A DNA stretch of 64,000 nt from Bacteroidota bacterium (lineage in GTDB: Bacteria > Bacteroidota > Ignavibacteria > Kryptoniales > JAKASW01): assembly GCA_021825585.1 (NCBI GenBank), contig JAKAGT010000016.1, positions 33,617 through 97,616 on the forward strand, given 5' to 3'. The stretch's first letter is position 1. Every line of letters begins with the position of its first letter. Positions 27,972-38,056 of the stretch are shown here, piece by piece. Below the pieces are notes generated by a model, which had not been told where the DNA came from, searched no databases, and was given only the letters and a program-made list of their open reading frames with translations. The position numbers and the translations under genes are program-made.

Positions 27972-29477
27972 CTAAGCGGTTGTGCGGCCCATGACACCCT
28001 TCCAGATGAAATACACGGGTATCCCGATCAGCACGATGATTAAGCCTGGCCATGTGTAGGCAGGCTTGAAGACCAGAAGATCGATGCAGATGGCGGCGGC
28101 AATCAGGATGTAAAGCCCCGGCAGAACCGGATAGCCGAAGGCTTTGTATGGCCGCTCGGCATCGGGACGTTTCTTCCGAAGTATGAAAATTCCAGAGATG
28201 GTCAGGATGTAGAAGATAAGGACGGCAAATATCACATAGTCAAGCAAATCGCTGTATGTTCCCGACAGGCAAAGCAGGCTTGCCCAGACTCCCTGTACAA
28301 CCAGGGCTGCACCCGGCACAGATCTGTTGTTGAGCTTTCCTGCGGATTTGAAAAACACATTGTCTTTTGCCATGGCGTAGTAAACGCGCGCGCCGGCGAG
28401 AATGAGTCCGTTGTTGCAGCCGAAGGTCGAGATCATTATGAGCACAGCCATTATGACTGCTGCCGCCGGTCCGAAAATCATCGCCGCGGCTGCTGTCCCC
28501 ACTCGGTCATCCGCCGCGAATTGTATTCCACGGCTGAGGACTCCATGGCCCGCAGGATTCCCGATGACGGGAAGAATAAGTATGTATGCTACGTTCGCCA
28601 GTATGTAAAGTATCGTGACTGTCAGCGTTCCAAGCGCGAGGCTGAGGGGTATGTTCTTTCTTGGATTTACAACTTCTCCTGCCGTGAACGTTATGTTGTT
28701 CCATGCGTCGCTAGAGAAGAGCGAGCCGACCATCGCCGTCCCCATCGCTGCAATCAGCATCCAGCCGGAGAGCGACTGGATCATCACCACTTTGCCGTCC
28801 GCTACATGCGTCCAGCTTGCCTGCCAGAAGTTATGGAAGTTCGCGGCTATTGCGGTGGCATTACGTGCGAGGAAAATTCCGAGCAGTATGATGCCGAGGA
28901 GGGCGGCAGTCTTCGTAATTGTAAAGATGTTCTGCACCGTTTTTCCTTCGCGCACGCCGCGAGTATTGACATAAGTCAGGAATGCCACGCTTGCAATTGC
29001 GAGGAGCTGTGCGGCCGAGACTTTCAGCCCGATCAGTGAAAAGAGTATGTTTGTTTCGCCGAACCACGGAATCAGCACGGCAGTGAATTTCGCGAATGCC
29101 ACCGCGACGGCGGCGATTGTGCCGGTCTGAATTACGAGGAAGAGCGTCCAGCCGTAAAGAAAACCGGTAAGCGGGTTGTATGCCTCGCGGAGATAAGCAT
29201 ACTGTCCGCCGACATGCGGCATCATGCCCGCGAGCTCGCCATAGCTGAGGGCGGCGATGACAGTCACTATCCCCGTTATCAGCCATGCGAGGAGCAGAAT
29301 GCCGGGAGAGCCGAGGGTGCGGGACATATCGGCGCTTACTATGAAGATGCCCGACCCGATCATCGAGCCGATTACTATCATAGTGGAGTCGAGGAGCTTC
29401 AATTCCCGTTTGAATTGAGCCTCGCCGTGCGATGCAGCCGGTTGGGGATTTGTCAGTACGTTGTCTTGCACGCTCAT
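27972..29477 (-). CDS. APC family amino acid permease
   Basis: 501 aa with 12+ TM and an APC N-terminal motif (IGSMIGSGIF). Confidence 0.9.
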   Translation of the reverse strand: MSVQDNVLTNPQPAASHGEAQFKRELKLLDSTMIVIGSMIGSGIFIVSADMSRTLGSPGILLLAWLITGIVTVIAALSYGELAGMMPHVGGQYAYLREAYNPLTGFLYGWTLFLVIQTGTIAAVAVAFAKFTAVLIPWFGETNILFSLIGLKVSAAQLLAIASVAFLTYVNTRGVREGKTVQNIFTITKTAALLGIILLGIFLARNATAIAANFHNFWQASWTHVADGKVVMIQSLSGWMLIAAMGTAMVGSLFSSDAWNNITFTAGEVVNPRKNIPLSLALGTLTVTILYILANVAYILILPVIGNPAGHGVLSRGIQFAADDRVGTAAAAMIFGPAAAVIMAVLIMISTFGCNNGLILAGARVYYAMAKDNVFFKSAGKLNNRSVPGAALVVQGVWASLLCLSGTYSDLLDYVIFAVLIFYILTISGIFILRKKRPDAERPYKAFGYPVLPGLYILIAAAICIDLLVFKPAYTWPGLIIVLIGIPVYFIWKGVMGRTTA

Positions 29478-29498
29478 GCTACCTCCGTATTGATTAGG

Positions 29499-29541
29499 TA
29501 AAAATGCGAACGGCCCCGCCTTTTTGCAAGAGCGGAGCCGT
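29499..29541 (-). terminator. hairpin between the two permease genes
   Basis: Minus strand ACGGCTCCGC - 12-nt loop - GCGGGGCCGT (one G.U pair), followed a few nt later by ATTTTTA. Confidence 0.4.
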
Positions 29542-29571
29542 CGTGAATCAAAAGGGACGCATCAACCCCTT

Positions 29572-31038
29572 CTATTTATTCGTTCCGTTGGCCAGCCTGA
29601 CTTTGCTGTGCTTGCGGCTGTACGCGAAATAGATGACGAAGCCGATTGCCATCCAGATGATCAGCCGGTACCATGTATCGAGCGGAAGACTAACCATCTG
29701 TGCGAGTGACACGACTACTCCGAGAATGGGCACCAGGGGTACCCATGGAGTCTTGAAAGGACGATATATGTTAGGTTTTGTCTGCCTCATGACCAACACA
29801 CCAGCCGATACGATAGCGAAGGCGAGAAGCGTTCCAATAGAAACGAGTTCTCCGAGTATCCCGATGGGGAAGAGGCCTGCGATTATCATTGCGACCGTTC
29901 CGGTGACGATTGTCGTTATGTAGGGTGTCCTGAACTTCGGGTGAACTGCCGCGAACTTTTTCGGAAGGAGGCCGTCATTGGCCATGCTGTAGAAAATCCT
30001 CGGCTGCCCGAGAAGCATAACCAGTACCACCGAGCTTAATCCGGCGATAGCGCCGATCTTTACGAGAGGTCTCAACCAGAAGAGCGCGGGGCCGGCAGCA
30101 TCGACGCCGACCGCGATCGGGTCCGGAACCAGAAGCTGTTTGTAGCTAACCATGCCTGTAAGAACCAGTGCTACAACTATATACAGGATGGTTGAAACTC
30201 CTAACGATCCCATTATTCCGATCGGCATGTCTTTCTGCGGGTTCTTCGCTTCCTGTGCGGTCGTCGACACGGCGTCGAATCCTATATACGCGAAGAATAT
30301 TACGCCGGCTCCACGGAAAATTCCGCTCCAGCCGAAATCGCCGAAATGACCTGTGTTCGGCGGGATGAACGGCACCCAGTTCGAATGGTGAATAAAGGAA
30401 AGTCCGAATCCGACGAAGAGGAGGATAACCGCCACCTTCACAATAACGATGATATTGTTGAATCCCGCCGATTCGCGTATGCCGATCACCAGAAGCGTCG
30501 TCATAATCGCGATGATGAACATAGCGGGGAAATTGATGACTGCACCTGTCATGATCCAACCGACATGCGGCTGATAGTTTATCGGTGCGTTTGCCAGGTA
30601 CGCAGGTATGCTGATACCGAAATCCTTAAAGAAGCTTACGACATAGCCGGACCAGCCGACTGCTACCGTGGAGGCACCGAAGAGATATTCAAGTATGAGA
30701 TCCCAGCCGATGATCCAGGCGAGGAATTCACCGAGCGTAGCGTAGGCGTAAGTGTACGCGCTTCCGGCTATCGGTATCATGGACGCGAACTCGGCGTAGC
30801 AGAGTCCCGCGAAGGCACAGCCAAGTCCGGAAATGATGAAGGAAATCACTATAGCGGGGCCGGCGTACTGTGCCGCAGCCTGTCCCGTCAGCACAAATAT
30901 TCCTGCGCCGATGATTGCTCCCACGCCGAGAGTGGTGAGGTTCAGCGGACCGAGCGTCCGCTTCAGACCATGTTCGGTATTGGATGCTTCCCTGGTAAGG
31001 TCCTCGAGAGATTTGGTAGCGAAGAGTGGATTACCCAT
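29572..31038 (-). CDS. APC family (cationic amino acid transporter-like) permease
   Basis: 488 aa, 12-14 TM, with [15 protein letters not shown] and CAT-like C-terminal helices. Confidence 0.9.
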   Translation of the reverse strand: MGNPLFATKSLEDLTREASNTEHGLKRTLGPLNLTTLGVGAIIGAGIFVLTGQAAAQYAGPAIVISFIISGLGCAFAGLCYAEFASMIPIAGSAYTYAYATLGEFLAWIIGWDLILEYLFGASTVAVGWSGYVVSFFKDFGISIPAYLANAPINYQPHVGWIMTGAVINFPAMFIIAIMTTLLVIGIRESAGFNNIIVIVKVAVILLFVGFGLSFIHHSNWVPFIPPNTGHFGDFGWSGIFRGAGVIFFAYIGFDAVSTTAQEAKNPQKDMPIGIMGSLGVSTILYIVVALVLTGMVSYKQLLVPDPIAVGVDAAGPALFWLRPLVKIGAIAGLSSVVLVMLLGQPRIFYSMANDGLLPKKFAAVHPKFRTPYITTIVTGTVAMIIAGLFPIGILGELVSIGTLLAFAIVSAGVLVMRQTKPNIYRPFKTPWVPLVPILGVVVSLAQMVSLPLDTWYRLIIWMAIGFVIYFAYSRKHSKVRLANGTNK

Positions 31039-31106
31039 TATTCCTCCATTCCCGAAGTGGTTCCTTCGGAATTGTCAATTGATTAAGAATTGGAGCTCGC
31101 CTATCG

Positions 31107-31697
31107 TCATGAAGGGGTGACTCGGGGTGTGCTTTGCCAGATACGATAGACCGCAACGGCGGCGCCGAGCTTGACGAGATCCCAGACAGAGAAAATCAAA
31201 AACCCTTGTGTTAATGATAACTGCCAGTTGTGAATGAAGACTTGGTTGAGATAGACTGTTCCGCAAGCGAAGATTATCAGGAAGCCGATCAACATTACGA
31301 GTGTGGTCCATAGAAGCGATCGGCTAAAATGGATCATAGCTCCGACGACTGCCGCGCTAACGACGAACCCGAAAAGATACCCTGCGGTCGTACCGAAGAA
31401 CACGGATAGTCCCACTTCCGGTCCCGCAAGAACCGGGAGACCTGCGGCGCCGAGCGCCAGGTAGAGAAGCATGCTCATCGTGCCATTTCGCCAGCCCAGA
31501 ATTGCCCCTGATAACACCACGAACAGCGTCTGCAGCGTAAACGGGACAGGCTCGTGAGGGATGTAAACCTTTGCCCCTATTGCGGTGAGGGCCGCAAATA
31601 TTGCGATGTTCCTGATCTGATCGAGTTCCTCACTGAGCGGGTAATCGAGTGAACGAATGATTCCTTCACCGTCTTTCATTTTGACTCCGATATTCAA
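31107..31697 (-). CDS. bioY: biotin transporter BioY
   Basis: 196 aa. PFTLQTLFVVLSGAILG and LPVLAG motifs are typical of the BioY S-component. The start may be internal. Confidence 0.85.
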   Translation of the reverse strand: MNIGVKMKDGEGIIRSLDYPLSEELDQIRNIAIFAALTAIGAKVYIPHEPVPFTLQTLFVVLSGAILGWRNGTMSMLLYLALGAAGLPVLAGPEVGLSVFFGTTAGYLFGFVVSAAVVGAMIHFSRSLLWTTLVMLIGFLIIFACGTVYLNQVFIHNWQLSLTQGFLIFSVWDLVKLGAAVAVYRIWQSTPRVTPS

Positions 31698-31993
31698 AAC
31701 TCAGATTGTCCTTGTTCGTTTGCGGAAAATGTTGCGAACAATATCAACTGTGAATCTATTCTCTGGGGTAACTTCTGCAATGATTTCTTTGTAAGCCTGT
31801 CAGTGAAACGTACTCGACTCGACCAATTGCCATCGAAGCAAAAAATATAACCTAACTCGCTGAGAATCAAGATTTGATATGCTACGGTATGAATGTAACC
31901 TTGATACAAACAAACGCAATTATTAGGTTTTGTGGAATCGGATTTCAGCTTCGTATGCCTGATAACTGAGATTTGCAAAGGGAGGGAAGAGTT

Positions 31994-33235
31994 GTGAAGA
32001 CGAGTTTGCAGATTTTGTTCCTCGGTTTGGCTATTACGGTGGTGTCGTTCGATTACGGATGCAACTTGATGACCGGACCGGGCGACTCTCAAAAGAATTT
32101 GGATCTCACGACAACGGATAAAGTGGTAGCGTCCGCGAGCAGTTCTTTCGGGTTGAATCTCTTCGGAAACGTGGCGGCTCAAGAGGCGGGCAAGAACTTT
32201 TTCATTTCCCCGCTCAGCGTCTCGATGGCGCTCGCTATGACTCTCAACGGAGCCGCGGGTCAAACATACGCCGACATGCAGAAGACGCTCGGTCTCCAGG
32301 GACTCTCTAATGGGGAAATCGATAAATCGTATGAGGATTTAATCGCACAGTTTGCCGCGCTCGACCCCAGTGTGACGTTTCGGATCGCAAATTCAATCTG
32401 GTATAGAAACACCTTTCCAGTGATAGACTCGTTCCTGACGGTCAATTCCACATACTTTGATGCCGCTGTCAAGCCTCTCGATTTCAATGCTGCCGACGCC
32501 GCGGATGTAATCAATCAATGGGTGAGCGGGAAGACCGGCGGGAAAATTCCGTCGATAATTTCGCCTCCCATCGATCACACAGCCATGTTATACCTCATCA
32601 ACGCCCTATATTTTAACGGCATATGGATGTACGCCTTTGATCCGGCAAACACGGAGCCTCGACCGTTTCATTTGCTGGACAGCTCGGTGGTGAATGTGCC
32701 GACAATGGCCGTAGGCGACACCTTGAACTATTACTCGGATAATCTATTCCGGGTTGTGGAACTGCCTTATGGAAAAGGAGACTACAGCATGTTGGTACTT
32801 CTGCCGAAGCCAACTTTTGCGGCAGCTGAAGCCTCGTTGAACCAGAATGAAGTCGATGGAATCATCAATGGCCTTGCACCCAGAGATGTCAACGTCCTTC
32901 TGCCGAAGTTCAAGCTGACATATGAAACGAGTCTGATTCCAATTTTGAAGAAGATGGGAATGGGTATCGCATTTGGAGGCGGTGCTGACTTCTCTCGAAT
33001 CAACGCGAGCGTTCCGCTGGAAATAACTGAGGTCCTCCACAAAGCTTATGTCGATGTGAATGAGAAGGGCACCGAGGCTGCCGCTGTGACGGTCGTGGGA
33101 ATCGGATTAACCGCTGTAGAACCGGTGCCGATCAACTTCACTGTCGATAAGCCCTTTATCTTTCTTATAAAGGAAAACCATGACAACACGATTATGTTCA
33201 TGGGCGCCGTTGTCAATCCGACTTTGACAAGCTGA
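31994..33235 (+). CDS. serpin family protease inhibitor, secreted/possibly lipidated
   Basis: Serpin fold signatures, inhibitory-type hinge EKGTEAAAVT and C-terminal FMGAVVNP. The likely start is GTG 31994, 6 nt after GGAGGGA. The signal peptide ends in ...SFDYGC. Confidence 0.9.
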   Translation: MKTSLQILFLGLAITVVSFDYGCNLMTGPGDSQKNLDLTTTDKVVASASSSFGLNLFGNVAAQEAGKNFFISPLSVSMALAMTLNGAAGQTYADMQKTLGLQGLSNGEIDKSYEDLIAQFAALDPSVTFRIANSIWYRNTFPVIDSFLTVNSTYFDAAVKPLDFNAADAADVINQWVSGKTGGKIPSIISPPIDHTAMLYLINALYFNGIWMYAFDPANTEPRPFHLLDSSVVNVPTMAVGDTLNYYSDNLFRVVELPYGKGDYSMLVLLPKPTFAAAEASLNQNEVDGIINGLAPRDVNVLLPKFKLTYETSLIPILKKMGMGIAFGGGADFSRINASVPLEITEVLHKAYVDVNEKGTEAAAVTVVGIGLTAVEPVPINFTVDKPFIFLIKENHDNTIMFMGAVVNPTLTS

Positions 33236-33244
33236 GGTCCAATC

Positions 33245-33886
33245 ATGGCAGGACGGTCAAAGAATATTGATTGGGTTAAATCGCTGGCGCCGCTCTTTCG
33301 GGCGTACGGCAAGCGGAAGCATCCTCTCGATTACAAGAACAGGTACCAGCTCATCGCTATGGTAATACTATCCTCGCGCAGCACTGACGTGCTCATAAAC
33401 AAACTCGCGCCTGAGCTTTTTCGCGCATTTCCATCCATGAAGGAGCTGGCCAAGGCTAAAGCGGAAGACCTCTTTCCTTACGTGCATGGCGTGACGAACT
33501 TCAGGCACAAATCCGAATGGCTTGTCTCGATAGCGAAGATCGTAAAGGACGACGATCATATCCCGACCACGATGGACGAGCTTACGAAGCTTCCCGGCAT
33601 CGGCAGGAAATCGGCGAATGTTATTATAAGTGAGTCGGGCGGAAAGGCGGAAGGGGTGATGGTCGACTTGCACGTCGCTCGTGTGGCGCCGAGACTCGGG
33701 ATAGCTAAATCGAGCGCGCCGGACGAGATCGAGAAGCAAATAATGGAAACCGTTCCGCAAAAATACTGGCATGCCGCCGGAATGGGGATGACTTTCCTCG
33801 GAAGAGAAATATGTCGTCCTAAGAATCCGCGCTGCGGAGAATGTGTCGTCAATGCCGTGTGTGAATACTACGGAAAGATGAGATAA
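33245..33886 (+). CDS. nth: endonuclease III
   Basis: 213 aa with HhH-GPD ([12 protein letters not shown]) and a 4Fe-4S loop [17 protein letters not shown]. Confidence 0.9.
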   Translation: MAGRSKNIDWVKSLAPLFRAYGKRKHPLDYKNRYQLIAMVILSSRSTDVLINKLAPELFRAFPSMKELAKAKAEDLFPYVHGVTNFRHKSEWLVSIAKIVKDDDHIPTTMDELTKLPGIGRKSANVIISESGGKAEGVMVDLHVARVAPRLGIAKSSAPDEIEKQIMETVPQKYWHAAGMGMTFLGREICRPKNPRCGECVVNAVCEYYGKMR

Positions 33887-34001
33887 CCATTTCTTCACCG
33901 GGGCCATTCCACTTCTCAGCACGAAACGCCATTTCTTGAGTTACAAACCACGGTTTCATATATTTCAAAAGATTTTACTAACTCATTTTAAGGTTACCGA
34001 G

Positions 34002-35165
34002 ATGAAAATTCACGAATATCAAGCCAAAGAGATTCTAAGGAAATTCAATGTAGCCACGCCAAACGGGAAGGTCGCGTTCAGCGTCGATGAGGCTGTCAAC
34101 GCTGCGACGGAGATAGGTGGAAGCGTATGGGTTGTGAAGGCACAGATCCATGCAGGCGGACGCGGAAAGGGCGGCGGCGTGAAGCTTGCAAAGAGTCTGG
34201 ACGAAGTCAGACAGCTCGCTTCACAGATGCTCGGGATGACTCTCGTTACTCACCAGACCGGTCCCGAAGGGAAAGTGGTGAAGCGTCTTTTGATCGAGCA
34301 GGGAATCAATATCGCGAAAGAGCTTTACGCGGGGATTGTCCTTGACAGATCGACGTCGAAGAACGTTTTCATGGTATCCACAGAGGGAGGAGTTGAAATT
34401 GAGAAGGTTGCCGCGGAATCGCCGGAAAAGATATTGAAGGCGACAGTCGATCCGGGTCTCGGTCTGATGCCTTTTCAGGCAAAGGAGCTTGCCTTTGGCC
34501 TCGGACTAGAGGGCGATGCATTTAAGAACGGCGTGAAGTTTCTGACTGCGCTCTACAAGGCATATGAGGCATCGGACGCGAGTCTCGCAGAGATCAATCC
34601 TCTCGTATTGACGAAAGAAGGCTCTGTGATGGCTCTCGATGCTAAGATGAATTTTGACGACAACTCGCTATATCGCCATCCGGAGATAGTCGAGATGAGG
34701 GATTTGGACGAAGAGTCCCCGCTGGAAGTCGAAGCCTCGAAATCTCACCTCAATTACATCAAGCTTGACGGAAACGTCGGTTGCATGGTTAACGGTGCCG
34801 GACTCGCGATGGCGACGATGGATATTATCAAGCTGACCGGCGGCGAGCCGGCGAATTTCCTCGATGTCGGCGGCGGCGCCAATGTGGACACGGTATCCAG
34901 CGGCTTCAAGATTATTCTGTCCGACCCGAATGTGAAGGCGATACTCATCAATATATTCGGCGGAATCGTTCGTTGTGACCGCGTTGCACAGGGAGTTATC
35001 GAGGCTGCGAAGCGCGTCTCCGTCAATCTCCCCGTCGTCGTCAGGCTCGAAGGCACGAATGCAAAGGAAGGCGCTGAATTGCTGAGGCAATCAGGACTTA
35101 ACTTTGCCGTTGCGAACGGTTTAAAAGATGCCGCCGAGAAGGTGGTCGCGGCGCTCGCAAATTGA
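34002..35165 (+). CDS. sucC: succinate--CoA ligase (ADP-forming) beta subunit
   Basis: [15 protein letters not shown]... canonical SucC. The ORF-track start 33936 adds a non-conserved extension. Confidence 0.95.
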   Translation: MKIHEYQAKEILRKFNVATPNGKVAFSVDEAVNAATEIGGSVWVVKAQIHAGGRGKGGGVKLAKSLDEVRQLASQMLGMTLVTHQTGPEGKVVKRLLIEQGINIAKELYAGIVLDRSTSKNVFMVSTEGGVEIEKVAAESPEKILKATVDPGLGLMPFQAKELAFGLGLEGDAFKNGVKFLTALYKAYEASDASLAEINPLVLTKEGSVMALDAKMNFDDNSLYRHPEIVEMRDLDEESPLEVEASKSHLNYIKLDGNVGCMVNGAGLAMATMDIIKLTGGEPANFLDVGGGANVDTVSSGFKIILSDPNVKAILINIFGGIVRCDRVAQGVIEAAKRVSVNLPVVVRLEGTNAKEGAELLRQSGLNFAVANGLKDAAEKVVAALAN

Positions 35166-35211
35166 GGAGTTAATAAGCTGAGAATCCGTGAGGGTACGAA
35201 AGGGCTGAGTC

Positions 35212-35568
35212 TTGGTAACATTTGAAATCAAGATAGGTGTATCGGGTTTGACTTCCGGCGAGTTCATCGAAACGGAGGCTCTTGTCGATACCGGTGCCAG
35301 CCATACGCTTCTTCCAAGTCCGCTTCTGCAGAGGCTCGACGTTAAGCCTATCGACCGGATACCATTTCAGCTTGCCGACCAGCATGTTGTTAATTATGAA
35401 GTCGGTCAGGTTCGACTCCGAATCGATGGCAGGGAGCGAATAGTCCTTGTTGTCTTTGGGGAACCGAGTGCGTCGCCGTTAATCGCCGCAACAACGTTGG
35501 AGCTTTTCAATCTTGCCGTGGATCCGGTCGGTAAGCGGCTGTTTCCGGTTGTCGGTTTGATGAAATGA
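35212..35568 (+). CDS. single-domain retropepsin-like (clan AA) aspartic protease
   Basis: 118 aa with ALVDTGASHTLLP (DTG active-site motif) and a size consistent with a homodimeric retropepsin-like protease. TTG start. Confidence 0.7.
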   Translation: MVTFEIKIGVSGLTSGEFIETEALVDTGASHTLLPSPLLQRLDVKPIDRIPFQLADQHVVNYEVGQVRLRIDGRERIVLVVFGEPSASPLIAATTLELFNLAVDPVGKRLFPVVGLMK

Positions 35569-35653
35569 GGTAACGAAGTTAGGGCCACTTCGGACTCTAG
35601 ACTTTTAAGAAAGTGTAATTCAGAGCTCAATATCTAAAACTAAGAATTAGACC

Positions 35654-37117
35654 TTGGACTGGAATAAATACGAAGCTGTAATCGGTCTCGAAGTTCATGC
35701 TCAGATGCTGACGGAGACGAAGACGTTTTGCGGATGTTCCACGAAGTTTGGAAATCCCCCCAACTCGAATGTGTGCCCTGTCTGTCTCGGGATGCCGGGC
35801 GTCTTGCCGGTTTTGAACAAGCGCCTGGTCGAGTTTGCAATCAAGATGGGACTTGCCACACACTGCAGAATTGCGCCCAGCTCCATTTTTGCCCGCAAGA
35901 ATTACTTCTATCCCGATCTTCCCAAGGGGTACCAGATTTCGCAGTTCGAGGAGCCGATCTGTTCGGAGGGTTACGTTGAGATTGAAAAATCAGACGGTAC
36001 AAAAACCCGGATCGGCCTCGTCAGGATCCACATGGAGGAAGACGCAGGCAAGTCGATCCACGATCAGGACGTCGATACTCTTGTGGACCTGAACCGGTGC
36101 GGCGTTCCGTTGCTTGAAATCGTGAGCAAGCCCGATATTCGCACCGCCGAGGAGGCGTACCTCTATCTTCAGCAGATCAGGCAGACGGTCACTTACCTCG
36201 GAATCTGCGACGGCAACATGGAAGAGGGCTCGCTCCGATGCGACGCCAACGTTTCGCTGAGGCTTCGCGGCGCGGAGAAGCTCGGCACAAAGGCGGAGAT
36301 CAAGAACCTCAATTCGTTCCGCAACGTCGAGCGCGCACTGGGCATCGAGATCGAGAGGCAGTACGCAATACTCGAACACGGCGGCACTATCGCACAGGAG
36401 ACGCTTCTCTACAACGCCGACACGAATACCGTCAAGTCGATGCGTTCGAAGGAGGAGGCAAACGACTACCGGTATTTTCCCGATCCGGACCTGGTTCCTG
36501 TAATCGTGGATGAACCGTGGATCGATTCGATCAGGTCGGCTCTGCCCGAACTTCCGATGCAGCGGCGCGAAAGATACATGCGGGAATTCTCCCTGCCTAA
36601 ATACGACTCGGAGATCCTGACCGGCGAGAAGGAGGTCGCTGACTATTACGAAGTCGTGGTGACGAGCCTGAAGCACAAGTCGAAGGATGCCTGCAAACAG
36701 GCAAGCAACTATGTCATGACCGACGTGCTTCGCGTCGTCAACGACAAAGCGATCAGGATGAAAGAATTCTCGATTCCGCCTCAGAACCTCTCGAAGATGA
36801 TCGACCTTATAAATGAAGGTACAATCTCGACGAAGATAGCGAAGGAGGTCTTCGAAGAGATGCTGCAGTCGGGACAGAATCCCGATGCGATCGTGGAGAA
36901 GAAGGGCCTTCGTCAGGTTTCCGATGAATCGGCGATTGAGAAGGTTGTTGAAGAGGTGCTTCAGTTGAATCCGGATGAAGTACAGCGCTATATCGGAGGA
37001 AAAGACAAGCTGTTCGGTTTCTTTGTAGGTGAGGTCATGAAGAAGACTCGTGGAAAGGCAAATCCAAAGATGCTGAACGACTTGCTGAAGCAGAAACTAG
37101 AGAAACTGAAGAATTAG
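35654..37117 (+). CDS. gatB: Asp-tRNA(Asn)/Glu-tRNA(Gln) amidotransferase subunit B
   Basis: 487 aa with [11 protein letters not shown] and [11 protein letters not shown] motifs and a YqeY-like tail. Confidence 0.95.
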   Translation: MDWNKYEAVIGLEVHAQMLTETKTFCGCSTKFGNPPNSNVCPVCLGMPGVLPVLNKRLVEFAIKMGLATHCRIAPSSIFARKNYFYPDLPKGYQISQFEEPICSEGYVEIEKSDGTKTRIGLVRIHMEEDAGKSIHDQDVDTLVDLNRCGVPLLEIVSKPDIRTAEEAYLYLQQIRQTVTYLGICDGNMEEGSLRCDANVSLRLRGAEKLGTKAEIKNLNSFRNVERALGIEIERQYAILEHGGTIAQETLLYNADTNTVKSMRSKEEANDYRYFPDPDLVPVIVDEPWIDSIRSALPELPMQRRERYMREFSLPKYDSEILTGEKEVADYYEVVVTSLKHKSKDACKQASNYVMTDVLRVVNDKAIRMKEFSIPPQNLSKMIDLINEGTISTKIAKEVFEEMLQSGQNPDAIVEKKGLRQVSDESAIEKVVEEVLQLNPDEVQRYIGGKDKLFGFFVGEVMKKTRGKANPKMLNDLLKQKLEKLKN

Positions 37118-37258
37118 TTGCAAACAAGCACCAGTTCCGCACATCAGACTCCGAACTCTGAAGCGATAAGACTGCATATCCGTCTTTTTGCTTCCTGATC
37201 GATCGGAGATAGACGCTTGTTTGATTTTCGAGCTCGAACATTCCAAGAAAGAGGGCAT

Positions 37259-38032
37259 ATGCGAAAAAAGATTATTGCAGCCAACTGGAAGATGAACAAG
37301 GACGTCAATGAGACTTCTGAATTCATTGCATCGTTTCAGAAGGAGATGCAGAACTACGATTGTCCGGCAGAGGTCATCATTTGTCCGCCGTTCATATCGC
37401 TGCAGGCAGCCGCGAGGCTCCTGCAAGGAAGCCGGATTGAGCTCGGCGCTCAGAACCTGCATTATGAAAGCGACGGGGCTTACACGGGAGAAATTTCCGC
37501 GCGCATGCTGAAGTCGCTCGGTGTGCACTATGTCATAGTGGGGCACTCCGAACGGAGACAATTTTTCGGCGAGACGGACGAGATAGTTACGAAGAAGGTG
37601 AAAAAGGCTCTGGCTTCCGACCTCAAGGTCATTTTGTGCGTCGGCGAGAGTCTGGCCGAGCGCGACGGCGCTGTGACCGAAAAGGTATTGGAACGGCAGG
37701 TAAAAGCGGCTCTGGAGGGACTAACCGAGCAGCAGCTGGCGACGCTTGTAATAGCGTATGAGCCGATCTGGGCAATCGGTACCGGCCGCAACGCGACCCC
37801 GCAACAGGCTGAGGAAGCACACGCGTTCATCAGGTCGGTGGTGGCGAAGCTGTTCAGCCGTGAGGCCGCATCGGCGCTGACGATCCAGTACGGCGGAAGC
37901 GTCAAGCCGGATAATGCATCGCAGCTTCTTTCACAGCCGGACGTCGACGGCGCACTGGTCGGCGGGGCGAGTCTTGTCGCCGACTCGTTTGCAAAGATCG
38001 TGAAGAGCTGCCCTTTCGGTAAAACGGCGTGA
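37259..38032 (+). CDS. tpiA: triose-phosphate isomerase
   Basis: MRKKIIAANWKMN, VGHSERR and AYEPIWAIGTG motifs. The ORF-track start 37217 is an upstream extension. Confidence 0.95.
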   Translation: MRKKIIAANWKMNKDVNETSEFIASFQKEMQNYDCPAEVIICPPFISLQAAARLLQGSRIELGAQNLHYESDGAYTGEISARMLKSLGVHYVIVGHSERRQFFGETDEIVTKKVKKALASDLKVILCVGESLAERDGAVTEKVLERQVKAALEGLTEQQLATLVIAYEPIWAIGTGRNATPQQAEEAHAFIRSVVAKLFSREAASALTIQYGGSVKPDNASQLLSQPDVDGALVGGASLVADSFAKIVKSCPFGKTA

Positions 38033-38056
38033 GGTGACCGCCGCACAATTGCTACG

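Noticed and set aside
31698-31993. BirA operator upstream of bioY.
   Set aside because: The best candidate is TGTAACC…GGTTTTG. It has poor symmetry (4 of 7) and the wrong spacing.
33936-34001. N-terminal extensions proposed by the ORF track for sucC (33936), tpiA (37217), the serpin (31973) and ruvX (16355).
   Set aside because: The conserved protein N-termini begin at downstream start codons that have better SD sequences. The extensions are not family-like.
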